Source of the DNA: Polyangia bacterium
GTDB taxonomy: Bacteria; Myxococcota_A; Polyangia; Nannocystales; Nannocystaceae
Length of the DNA stretch: 64,000 nt
Assembly: GCA_030430565.1 (NCBI GenBank)
Contig: JAUIKS010000004.1
Span: forward strand, 269,992 to 333,991
Direction: 5' to 3'
Part shown: positions 27,088 to 35,770 of the stretch, piece after piece
Position numbering within the stretch: position 1 is the stretch's first letter
Layout of the letters: every line of letters starts with the position of its first letter
Made by a program: the position numbers and the translations under genes
The notes under the pieces: generated by a model
The model's database searches: none
Told to the model about the DNA's origin: nothing
The model's input: only the letters and a program-made list of their open reading frames with translations

Positions 27088-28083
27088 GTGAGTGCGCGGC
27101 GTCGGGGTGATCGCTCGTCGAGCGCGCGGGTGGAGCGCCTCGTCGAGCGCCTCTCGTCCCAGCCGGGCGCGGGTCTCAGCGTCTTCGCGATCGACCACGA
27201 CGCCATGCTCGACCGCGTGCGCGCCCGCCTGTTCGGCGCCGCCTCGTCGCCGGAGGGCCGCGGGCCGCGGACGCGGGTCGGGCGATTCGAAGTCACGCGG
27301 CGGATCGGCGCGGGCGCGGCCGGGGTCGTGTTCCTGGCGCGCGACCTCGAGCGCGGCCGCGACGTCGCGCTCAAGCTGCTCCGGCCGTGGTTTCGCGGCG
27401 ACGCGGCGCTGCGCCGCGCGGCGCTGGAGGTGCGCCTCCGGGCCGCGGCGACGGAGCGCGCACCGGGCCCGCGCGTGATCCCGATCCGCGCCGTCGGCCG
27501 CGCGCGCGGGCGCCTCTTCATCGCCATGGATCACTTCGACGCGCGCCCGCTCCCGCGCTGGATCGCGGCGCGGCGACGCGCGACGCGGGCGATCATCGAC
27601 GTGTTCAAACAGGCAGGTCAGGGCCTCGCCGAGCTCCACGCCGCCGGCCTCGCGCACGGGACCTTCACGCCCGCTGCGGTCCTCGTCGCCGACGACGGCG
27701 CGGCGCGGGTGACCGAGCTGGCGCGCGCCGCGTTGCTCGAGCTCCCCGGAGGATCGCTCAGCGCCACGCAGCGCGCCGCGCTGACGGGCGCGACCCGCTA
27801 CCTCTCGCCCGAGGAATTGACGGGGCGCGAGCGAGACGCCCGCAGCGATCAGTTCCGGTTCTGCGTCGCGCTCTACGAGGCGCTCGTCGGGGCGCCCCCC
27901 TTCGGCGGCGCGACCCTCGACGAGCTGGTGCTGCGCGTGACTCGAGGGCAGCGCGAGCGACCGCCGCGTGAGCACGAGCTGCCTACGCGGGTGCTCGGCG
28001 TCATCGCCCGCGGGCTCGAGCCGGATCCCGGCGAGCGCTGGCCGACGATGCGCGCGCTGCTGTCCGCGCTCGACCGCAGCTAG
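27088..28083 (+). CDS. Ser/Thr-kinase-like pseudokinase (331 aa), divergent from the ECF sigma gene
   Basis: Gly-rich loop IGAGAAGVVF and VALK lysine are present. The catalytic loop is LAHGTFTPAAV (no HRD Asp) and the DFG is replaced by TELARA, so the protein is predicted inactive. Confidence 0.7.
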   Translation: MSARRRGDRSSSARVERLVERLSSQPGAGLSVFAIDHDAMLDRVRARLFGAASSPEGRGPRTRVGRFEVTRRIGAGAAGVVFLARDLERGRDVALKLLRPWFRGDAALRRAALEVRLRAAATERAPGPRVIPIRAVGRARGRLFIAMDHFDARPLPRWIAARRRATRAIIDVFKQAGQGLAELHAAGLAHGTFTPAAVLVADDGAARVTELARAALLELPGGSLSATQRAALTGATRYLSPEELTGRERDARSDQFRFCVALYEALVGAPPFGGATLDELVLRVTRGQRERPPREHELPTRVLGVIARGLEPDPGERWPTMRALLSALDRS

Positions 28084-28123
28084 CCCGCTTGCGCGCGCCC
28101 GCCGGTGACGGTAATTGTTAGGA

Positions 28124-29110
28124 ATGTTACGTAAGATCGTCGCGTCGCGTAGTGTTTTGCTCGCTACGGCGCTGGCCGCCTGCGGGCCGTCGACGGGGGA
28201 GAGCGCGACCCTGGGCGCGACCAGCGAGCAGGGCGCGAGCAGCTCGACGGGGGTCGATAGCGCCAGCGCCGGCGCCGTGACCGGCGCGAACTCGACGAGC
28301 GGCACGAGCGGCCCATCGACGACCTCGAGCACCACCGCCGACGCGACGAGCTCGCCCATGGAGACCACCGCCGACACGGTCCCCGACACCGACGACTGCG
28401 ACTTCATCTGCGAGACCTCCGGCCCGACCGAGGAGCCGTGGGCGTGCTCGCCGAGCGAGAACGACTGCCCGCCGCGCGACGGCCAGCCGCAGAAGTGCGT
28501 GTTCTACGTGCCACAAAACGGCTCCCTGCGGCGCGAGGGCACGCGGTGCATCCCCGTCACCGGCGACAAGGGGCCCTACGAGCCGTGCAGCTTACCGACC
28601 GGGATCGGGCCCGAGATCAGCGACGACTGCGACGGCAGCGGCTACTGCCTCGAGGTCTACGGGACCGCCGACCACGGATTCTGCGCGCCGTACTGCGAGC
28701 CGGGGTTTGGCTGCGACGCGTACCCGGGCGCGAGTCACTCGCAGGAGAACGGCTCGAGCTTCCCCGAGGCGTGCCTGTACGGCGACTGCGATCCGGCCGA
28801 TCCGCAAGCTTGCCCCGAGGACATGCGATGCGTGTTCTACCCTGCGTGGCTCTACGACGCGACGCAGTGCTGGAAGGTCCCCGAGGGCGGGCTCGAGCTG
28901 GGCGCGAGCTGTGACTACGGGCAGTGCGCCCCGGGGCTGCTGTGCGTACGCGATGACTACGCCAACGGCTGCCAGAGCGAGCGCTGCTGCGTCGAGTGGT
29001 GCGACAAGCAGAGCCCGAGCTGCGCCGACCCGGGCAGCAGCTGCGAGGGCACCTGGGCCGGCGTCAACGCCGACCTGGGCGCGTGCGTGATCCCGGGCTC
29101 GACGGAGTAG
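28124..29110 (+). CDS. Cys-rich lipoprotein (328 aa)
   Basis: MLRKIVASRSVLLATALAACG lipobox, a Ser/Thr-rich linker, then about 30 Cys in a C-terminal domain. Confidence 0.65.
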   Translation: MLRKIVASRSVLLATALAACGPSTGESATLGATSEQGASSSTGVDSASAGAVTGANSTSGTSGPSTTSSTTADATSSPMETTADTVPDTDDCDFICETSGPTEEPWACSPSENDCPPRDGQPQKCVFYVPQNGSLRREGTRCIPVTGDKGPYEPCSLPTGIGPEISDDCDGSGYCLEVYGTADHGFCAPYCEPGFGCDAYPGASHSQENGSSFPEACLYGDCDPADPQACPEDMRCVFYPAWLYDATQCWKVPEGGLELGASCDYGQCAPGLLCVRDDYANGCQSERCCVEWCDKQSPSCADPGSSCEGTWAGVNADLGACVIPGSTE

Positions 29111-29235
29111 GCGGCGCAGACTCGCGGCGCGCTTCAGCGGCGGCGCCGCCCCTCGCCGGCGCGAGCCGTGTGATCCTTCGAGCGGGAGCGAACCAGCCGA
29201 GGCGCTCCGGCTTCGCTTGTCCTGGCGCTCGGTAG

Positions 29236-29263
29236 TTTACATGTCTTATTGTACATGTATAGA
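29236..29263 (+). promoter_or_regulatory. AT-rich sigma70-like promoter candidate (TTTACA-16-TATAGA) upstream of the giant kinase gene
   Basis: tttacatgtcttattgtacatgtatagaac is a 30-nt AT-rich island in a 70% GC background, 105 nt upstream of the kinase start. It contains two ACATGT palindromes. Confidence 0.3.
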
Positions 29264-29368
29264 ACGCGCGAACGGAGATGTGGTAAACCAGCGCTGCTCG
29301 CGGATCTCGGGCACGACGGGGGCGAGCGCTATTCTCGTCGGCTCGCCGCGCGGCGCCCTTGAAGCCGA

Positions 29369-32300
29369 GTGACCGAGTCGGACTACAGCCCGGTCTCGCC
29401 CCGCGTTCGCGGCGCGAGCACCCCCCGCGCGAAGCTCGACAACACGACGCGAGCCGTGGCGCGGCCGGCCTCGCCGGGGTCGCGCTCGCGCCGCTTCGCC
29501 GGCCCGCGCGACGAGACGACGCCCACGCTCACGGAGTCTCACGACGTGTTCGCGGCGTCGAGGACCCAGGCTGGCGACGCGCTTCGCGTCGGCGCGCAGC
29601 TGGGTCGCTACGTCATCCTCTCGAAGCTCGGCGAAGGCGGGATGGGGCAGGTCTACTCGGCGTTTGACCGGGAGCTCGAGCGACGCGTCGCGATCAAGGT
29701 CCTGCGCGAGAACCTCGCCGGAGACTCGAAGGGGTGGGCGCGAATGCGCCGGGAGGCGCAGGCGCTCGCGCGGGTCTCCCACCCCTACGTGGTGCAGGTG
29801 TACGACGTCGGCGAGTTCGACGGGCGGCTGTTCCTCGCCATGGAGTTCGTGAAGGGCGAGACGCTGCGCGCCTGGCAGCGGCGCCACAGCCCAGAGACGC
29901 CCGCGGGTCGTCGCGCGATCGTCGATATGTACATTCAGGCAGGCCGCGGCCTCGCGGCCGCGCACGCGGAGGGCTTGGTCCACCGCGACTTTAAGCCGGA
30001 GAACGTGCTCGTCGGCGAGGACGGACGTCCACGCGTGCTCGACTTTGGGCTCGCGGTTGAGCGTCGGGCCGCGAGCGCGTCGACGCGGGAGGGCGAGTAC
30101 GCGGGCGGCAGCTTGCTCGACAGCGATCTCACGCGCACGGGCTCGATCATGGGGACGCCCTCGTACATGGCCCCAGAGCAATTCCTCGCGATGGAGACGG
30201 ATCAGCGCGCCGACATCTTCGCGTTCTCGGCCAGCTTGTTCGAGGCGCTCTACGGCGTACGCCCGTTCCGCGGCGACAGCTTCGTCGAGCTGCGCGCGGC
30301 GGTGCTGACTGGCGAGCCGCGCCCGCGGCCGGGGCGATCGAGCGTCCCCGTCTGGCTCGACACGATCATCCGCGACGGGCTCGCGCGTGACCTGGACGCG
30401 CGCCCTGCAAGCCTCGCCGCGACGCTCGACGCGCTCTCGAACGACCCGATCGCGTCGAGGCGTCGGCGGCGGCGCCTCGTGGCGAGCGTCTGCGCGATCG
30501 TGCTCGCCATCGCGGGCGTCGTGCTCGGCGGCGTCTCGCTGCGGCAGCGCTGGCAACACAGACACGCGCAGGCGCAGGCCGCGACGCGGCTCGAGGCGGT
30601 CGAGCGACGTATCGAGGCGCTGAGGGCGACTGGCGCCGTGGAGGAAGCGGAGCGCGCGTTCTCGGCGTTCGTCAGCAACCCTGACAACCGCGGAACCTTC
30701 GCGCACGGCCGCGCGTGGCTTCATCGGGCCGCGCGCTCGCGGGCTCGCGGCGACGGAGAGGAGGCGATCGACTCATTCGCGGCGGCGTACGTGTCAGCGA
30801 CCGAGCTCGAGGATCACGCGGCGGCGCTGGTCGGGCTCGTCGAGATGTTCCGCGAGACCGTGCGATGGCCGGAGCTCGCGCGCGCGCTGGCGACCCTCGC
30901 GGAGCGCCACGAGGATGTGAGCCAGCGCCCCGAGATCGCGGCGCTGCGGCTCGACTCGGCGCTCGCGCGCCGGGACTTCGCGAGCGCGAGAGCGCTGCTT
31001 CGCGGCCCGTTGGCCGATCGCCCGCAGCGCGCCGCGCTGCCCGTGGTCGAGGCGCTCGCGACCGCGGTCACGACCTCGCTCGCGCACTGCGTGACCAAGG
31101 GGGCGCCGGCCGATCTCGACGGGGACGGCGACCGCGAGCTCAACCTCAAGTGCGATCGACTCGCGCTCGATGACGCGCCGCCGCTGCCGTCCGCGCTCCG
31201 CTCGGCGCTCAACCTGATCGAGCGCGAGCCCTTCGCGGTCAACCATGTCGACGGTGAACCGGCGCTTCAGCTCATGACCGAGCCTCCCGCCGTCGGCGCC
31301 GATGTGTCATCGCGCGCGGAGGCGGTGCTTCGTCAGCGCGTCGACGGCGGCAGCGTGGAGCTGTTTCGCTGGCCCGAGGACCCGATCACCGCGCTGCTCG
31401 CCGCCGACCTCGACGGGGACGGCGACCGGAACATCCTCGTCGGGACAGGTCCCTACACGCGCCACGTCGTCGAACTCGCGCGCGACCCGACGGGGGCGTG
31501 GTCTCGGCGCTCTCCCGCGCCGGAGCTCGATCGACGGGCGTCGGATATCAACAGTCTGCTCGCGGACGACCTCGACGGGGACGGCACCATCGAGCTCATC
31601 GCGGTGCTCGGCCCCTGGCAGGCCTACGAGATCCAGGTGCTGCGTCACGACCCGGCGAGCGACACGCTGCGCACGATCACGCGGCGCCGCCTCGGCTACA
31701 TGAGCGGCGCCGCGCTCGCGCGGCGTCGCGTTGACGACCGTGAGCGAGTCGAGCTGGTCGTCAGCAGATCCGACCGCTACGACAACGCGGCGATGTTCCC
31801 GCCCGATCGACCGCGCGGCGATCCGCCTGGGACCTATCGGTTTCGCCTCGTCGATGACGAGCTCGTCGAGACCGCCTTCGTCCCCGCGCCGAGCTTGGGC
31901 CCGGGCGCGGACTCGATCGAGCGACGTCCCATCGCTGCGGACCTCGACGGTGACGGTCAGGACGAGGTGATCGTGAGCCGACGGGTTCGAGAGCACCCCG
32001 ACACGGAGCACCGGCACATGGTCATGATCCAGGTTAACGGACCAGACGGATCGCTCATCCCGATCTACTTGTCCGAGATGTGGGGGCTCTCCGCGCTCGA
32101 CGTCGACGGTGACGGTGATGACGAGCTCATCGTCTCGGTCGGCGACGACTGGGCGATGTGGGCGCTGGGCGTAGGCGAGCGCGCGACGCCCTCGGTGACC
32201 TCGAGTCGGTCCACGCCCGGCGCCGACGAGCCCGACGTGCGCGACCCGGTGCTCGCGCGGATGTGGCGTCGGGCGGCAGACCTCGCGCACATCGGGCTGC

Positions 32301-33964
32301 TCCGGCAAGCGGGTGACAGCTTCGTGACGATCTCCGACTCGGTCGATCAGGGGGACCTCCGCAGGGTCGCGCAGATGAACGCCGGCGCGCTCTACGAGGC
32401 CCTCTCGCTCGACGCTCGCGCCGCCCGGTTGTTCCACGAGGCGACCATGACGTCGCCCGCGACCGCGCGCGGCGTAGAGCACATCGCGGCCGCGCGCGCC
32501 TATCTCCGGCTCGGTGACTTCCCGCGCGCGGCCGAGCACCTCGTGGACGCGCCGACGGTCGGAGAGACCAAGCCCGCGCTGGAGCGGGCCCTCAGCGGGC
32601 TGAGAGGCGCGCCCGGCGTTGAGCTCACCTTTGATGAACCGCTCGACCGGCGATGGCGTATCGCTCAACCCGTCGCGGTGGCGCGGGATGGCGTCCGCGG
32701 ATCCCTGCATGTCGACGCGATCACGCCTGGCGAATTGCTCTCGGCCCCGGTGGTGTTGTCGGGCGGGACCTCGTCGCTCGAGGTCGAGCTGACGGTCGAC
32801 CGGATCGAGTGGAGCTCGGCGCTCGCGATCGCGGTCATCCCCGAGGCGGGCGGTGTTACGCCGCTCGCCGCGAACGCGCGCTCGGGCGGAGGGGGGACCG
32901 CGCAGCACACTGACCTCGAGTGTCTCGCCCATAATCGCGTCAGGCTGGCGAGGCTCACGTCGGGCGAGGACGGCGACGTGCACAACCGGATCGGGCGCTT
33001 CTCGATCCGCGTGATGTCGATCCCGGCGCTCAACGAGATGACCTGTGAGATCACGCGAGCGGACGGGACGCTCCTGCGGTACGCCCGCGTCAGGCTCCGA
33101 GGGGCTCACGCGCCGAGCGGGCGCTACCGACTCGCGATCTCGTCCATGGGCGGCGGCACGAGCTGGGTGTCCGCGGATATCCACCGAATCTCGATGTACG
33201 GGGCGAGGCTCGCGTCGCTCGCCGACGCCGCGCGCGAGGACAGCTCCGTCAACGAGGCCGCGCGCCGGCTGAGCGAGGACGACCTCCTCGGCGCGCTGCA
33301 GGTGAGCGTCGATGTCGTGGGGCCTTCACGCGCGAGCGAGCTCATCGAGATGTCCGCGCTCGCGCGCCTCGGCCGCTGGCCCGAGGCGCAGGCTGTGCTC
33401 GAGCGAATCCTGACGCGCGAGGGCCACGGGGCGGACTCCCTCGACGTGCTCCTGCGGATCGAGCCCGAGGTCTACGGCGCGCTGCTTCGCGGCGCGACCA
33501 GCCCAGCCGCGGCGCGAGAGGCCATCGTCGAGGCGTGGGCGCCGCTACTCGACGCTGGCACATCACGCGACGCGCGAACGAGCTCGGTGTTGTGGGCTGC
33601 CCTCGCGGAGGTCGAGCTCGCCAACGACTCCTTCGAACTCCTTGAGCTGCGGGCCCGCGTCGCGTACGCGCGCGGTCAGCTAGACGTCGCGGCGCGGACC
33701 TATCGGGCCGCGCTCATCGCCCTCGAGGACCCCTCGCGTCGCGGGCCGCTGGCGCCAGGGAGCCGGGAGCGCGCGCGCTCGCGGATCCTCTTCGAACTCG
33801 CGTCGCTCGCCATCAAGGCAGGGGACGAGGACGGGGCGCGGGCGCTGCTCGCAGAGCTGTTCGACGGGGACAACCCGGACGTCTTCTACGTCGACGCCTT
33901 GCGAGCCCGCGCGGACCTCCGCCCGCTCTGGGGGATGGTGCCGGAGCCGTTTGGTGGCGCGTAG
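29369..33964 (+). CDS. Giant Ser/Thr protein kinase (1531 aa) with TM segment, FG-GAP/VCBS-like DxDGDG repeats and C-terminal TPR-like region
   Basis: Kinase motifs GEGGMGQVY, VAIK, HRDFKPENVL, DFGLA, APE. TM helix LVASVCAIVLAIAGVVLGGV. Repeats ADLDGDGDRE, DLDGDGDRNILVG, DDLDGDGTIELIAV, ADLDGDGQDEVIVS, LDVDGDGDDELIVS. GTG start at 29369 is uncertain. Confidence 0.85.
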   Translation: MTESDYSPVSPRVRGASTPRAKLDNTTRAVARPASPGSRSRRFAGPRDETTPTLTESHDVFAASRTQAGDALRVGAQLGRYVILSKLGEGGMGQVYSAFDRELERRVAIKVLRENLAGDSKGWARMRREAQALARVSHPYVVQVYDVGEFDGRLFLAMEFVKGETLRAWQRRHSPETPAGRRAIVDMYIQAGRGLAAAHAEGLVHRDFKPENVLVGEDGRPRVLDFGLAVERRAASASTREGEYAGGSLLDSDLTRTGSIMGTPSYMAPEQFLAMETDQRADIFAFSASLFEALYGVRPFRGDSFVELRAAVLTGEPRPRPGRSSVPVWLDTIIRDGLARDLDARPASLAATLDALSNDPIASRRRRRRLVASVCAIVLAIAGVVLGGVSLRQRWQHRHAQAQAATRLEAVERRIEALRATGAVEEAERAFSAFVSNPDNRGTFAHGRAWLHRAARSRARGDGEEAIDSFAAAYVSATELEDHAAALVGLVEMFRETVRWPELARALATLAERHEDVSQRPEIAALRLDSALARRDFASARALLRGPLADRPQRAALPVVEALATAVTTSLAHCVTKGAPADLDGDGDRELNLKCDRLALDDAPPLPSALRSALNLIEREPFAVNHVDGEPALQLMTEPPAVGADVSSRAEAVLRQRVDGGSVELFRWPEDPITALLAADLDGDGDRNILVGTGPYTRHVVELARDPTGAWSRRSPAPELDRRASDINSLLADDLDGDGTIELIAVLGPWQAYEIQVLRHDPASDTLRTITRRRLGYMSGAALARRRVDDRERVELVVSRSDRYDNAAMFPPDRPRGDPPGTYRFRLVDDELVETAFVPAPSLGPGADSIERRPIAADLDGDGQDEVIVSRRVREHPDTEHRHMVMIQVNGPDGSLIPIYLSEMWGLSALDVDGDGDDELIVSVGDDWAMWALGVGERATPSVTSSRSTPGADEPDVRDPVLARMWRRAADLAHIGLLRQAGDSFVTISDSVDQGDLRRVAQMNAGALYEALSLDARAARLFHEATMTSPATARGVEHIAAARAYLRLGDFPRAAEHLVDAPTVGETKPALERALSGLRGAPGVELTFDEPLDRRWRIAQPVAVARDGVRGSLHVDAITPGELLSAPVVLSGGTSSLEVELTVDRIEWSSALAIAVIPEAGGVTPLAANARSGGGGTAQHTDLECLAHNRVRLARLTSGEDGDVHNRIGRFSIRVMSIPALNEMTCEITRADGTLLRYARVRLRGAHAPSGRYRLAISSMGGGTSWVSADIHRISMYGARLASLADAAREDSSVNEAARRLSEDDLLGALQVSVDVVGPSRASELIEMSALARLGRWPEAQAVLERILTREGHGADSLDVLLRIEPEVYGALLRGATSPAAAREAIVEAWAPLLDAGTSRDARTSSVLWAALAEVELANDSFELLELRARVAYARGQLDVAARTYRAALIALEDPSRRGPLAPGSRERARSRILFELASLAIKAGDEDGARALLAELFDGDNPDVFYVDALRARADLRPLWGMVPEPFGGA

Positions 33965-34226
33965 ATTCGCGTCACGGCCGCGCGTCGCGATCGAGCTCGA
34001 TCATCTCGCGCGATCAGCTCGCGCGCTGTTTCACCTCGAGCGACCCGTGGGTGCTGGCGCTGCGCTCGGGGTCGCCGCCGCGGCGATGGAGGCGCTCGCC
34101 TCGGCGCCCGCGTCGAGATGTCCCAAGGGCCCTGTGCGCGATCCCGCGACCGACAGGCCGCGGGCGGGCGCTCGCGCGCGTCGTCGCGCCGCGCGTCCTC
34201 GCGTATCCTGCGAGCGGTAGGTGAAC

Positions 34227-35627
34227 ATGCTACGTCGACCTGTATCTCCCCGTCTCGCGGCCGCGGCCGTCCTGCTGCTCCCGGCGTCGCTCGCCGCCAA
34301 GCCCGGCGCGCCGAGCCCGAACTCGCCCGCCAAGCCCGTCGAGATCCCGGCTCACCAGCAGCAGCTCAAGGCGCCGCCCTGCGGCCTGCACGAGACCACT
34401 CCGCAGCGCTTCGTGCCGTTTCGCGAGCGCCACGCGACGAAGCTCAAGGCCTCCTACGCCATCGGCGCGATCGGCGAGACGATCAAGCTCAAGGCCAACC
34501 TCCAGACCGAGGACGGCACCCCGATCGCGTTTAAATCGGTCGAGTTCAAGGTCGACAATCAGGTCGTCGGCGCCGTCAAGTCCGACTCCAAGGGCGTCGC
34601 CACGATCAACTACAAGGTCCCCAACAAGTTCGGGCCGAAGACCTGGGAGGCGCGCTACGCCGGCAACAACAAGTGCAAGGGGTCGAGCGGATCGAGCACG
34701 GTCGGCACCGTCCGCGCGCCGACGAAGTTCAGCCTCATCTACCCGCCCAAGTACGCGAACGTCGGCGCCAAGGTGACGATCAACGGGGTCCTCAAGCGGA
34801 CGACCGACGACGCGACCGTCGGGGGGCGCGAGCTCGAGGTCTACGTCGGCGGCGCCTCGGTCGCGAAGGTGGCGACCAGCTCGGGCGGCCACTTCACCGT
34901 CGAGTACGTGCCCGTCGCGGGCGCCAACAAGCCGCTCGATATCAAGCTGCAGTTCCTGGGCGACGTGCTCTACAACCCTAAGAGCACGGTGGTCAGCATG
35001 CCGCTGTATCCGCCCAAGCAGACCGTCTTGGTCCGCGGCGTGTCGCTCACCGGCTTCTACGGGCAGACCCTCAACACCTCGGTGCTCGTCACCCTCGGCG
35101 CGCTCACGGGTCCGAAGTTCCACGGCGCGCCGGTGCGCGTCTGGTACCGGCACGGCGACAACGACACCACGAACCTGGGGGCGGGCACGACCAATCAGTT
35201 CGGCGTCGCCACGGTCTCGACCACGCTCCGCGCGAAGCCGGGCGTGTACACGATGGACGGCTTCGCCGACGTCGATCGCAAGCGCTACACGATCGACCAC
35301 GAGTGGGGGAACACGAAGCTGACGGTCTACAAGGCGCCGGTGACCGTGTCCGCGCTCGGACCCAACACCGTGCAGATCGGCGCCCAGGTCAGCTTCGCGA
35401 TCAAGGTCGTGCGGACCACCGACAAGCAGGGCGCGAGCGACGTCGAGGTCTGCTTCTCCACGAAGTGCGTCAAGACCGACGGCGCGGGGCGGGCGACGCT
35501 GAAGTTCACGGTCCCGAACGGCGGGGGCACGGGGCCGCGCACCTTCAGCTTCGCGTCGAAGGCCGACGCGTACCACCTCGCCGGGGTCAAGAACGTGGCG
35601 GTGCAGGTCTCGCCCAACACGAACTAG
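34227..35627 (+). CDS. Secreted protein with repeated Ig-like beta-sandwich modules (putative), 466 aa
   Basis: Signal peptide MLRRPVSPRLAAAAVLLLPASLAAKP. Repeated about 90-aa segments show beta-rich T/V/K patterns (KVTINGVLKRTTD..., ATLKFTVPNGG...). Confidence 0.65.
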   Translation: MLRRPVSPRLAAAAVLLLPASLAAKPGAPSPNSPAKPVEIPAHQQQLKAPPCGLHETTPQRFVPFRERHATKLKASYAIGAIGETIKLKANLQTEDGTPIAFKSVEFKVDNQVVGAVKSDSKGVATINYKVPNKFGPKTWEARYAGNNKCKGSSGSSTVGTVRAPTKFSLIYPPKYANVGAKVTINGVLKRTTDDATVGGRELEVYVGGASVAKVATSSGGHFTVEYVPVAGANKPLDIKLQFLGDVLYNPKSTVVSMPLYPPKQTVLVRGVSLTGFYGQTLNTSVLVTLGALTGPKFHGAPVRVWYRHGDNDTTNLGAGTTNQFGVATVSTTLRAKPGVYTMDGFADVDRKRYTIDHEWGNTKLTVYKAPVTVSALGPNTVQIGAQVSFAIKVVRTTDKQGASDVEVCFSTKCVKTDGAGRATLKFTVPNGGGTGPRTFSFASKADAYHLAGVKNVAVQVSPNTN

Positions 35628-35770
35628 CGCTCCGCCCAAGCCGCGCGAGCGGGGTGCCGATGAGCCGGGCGCAGGGTCGAGCGTGTGTACTGTTCAGGGA
35701 TGTCTGCACGAACGTGGACAGCGAGCGTCCCCGACTCCGCGCCGCGAAGCGGTGTCCAGGGCGGGCGGCG

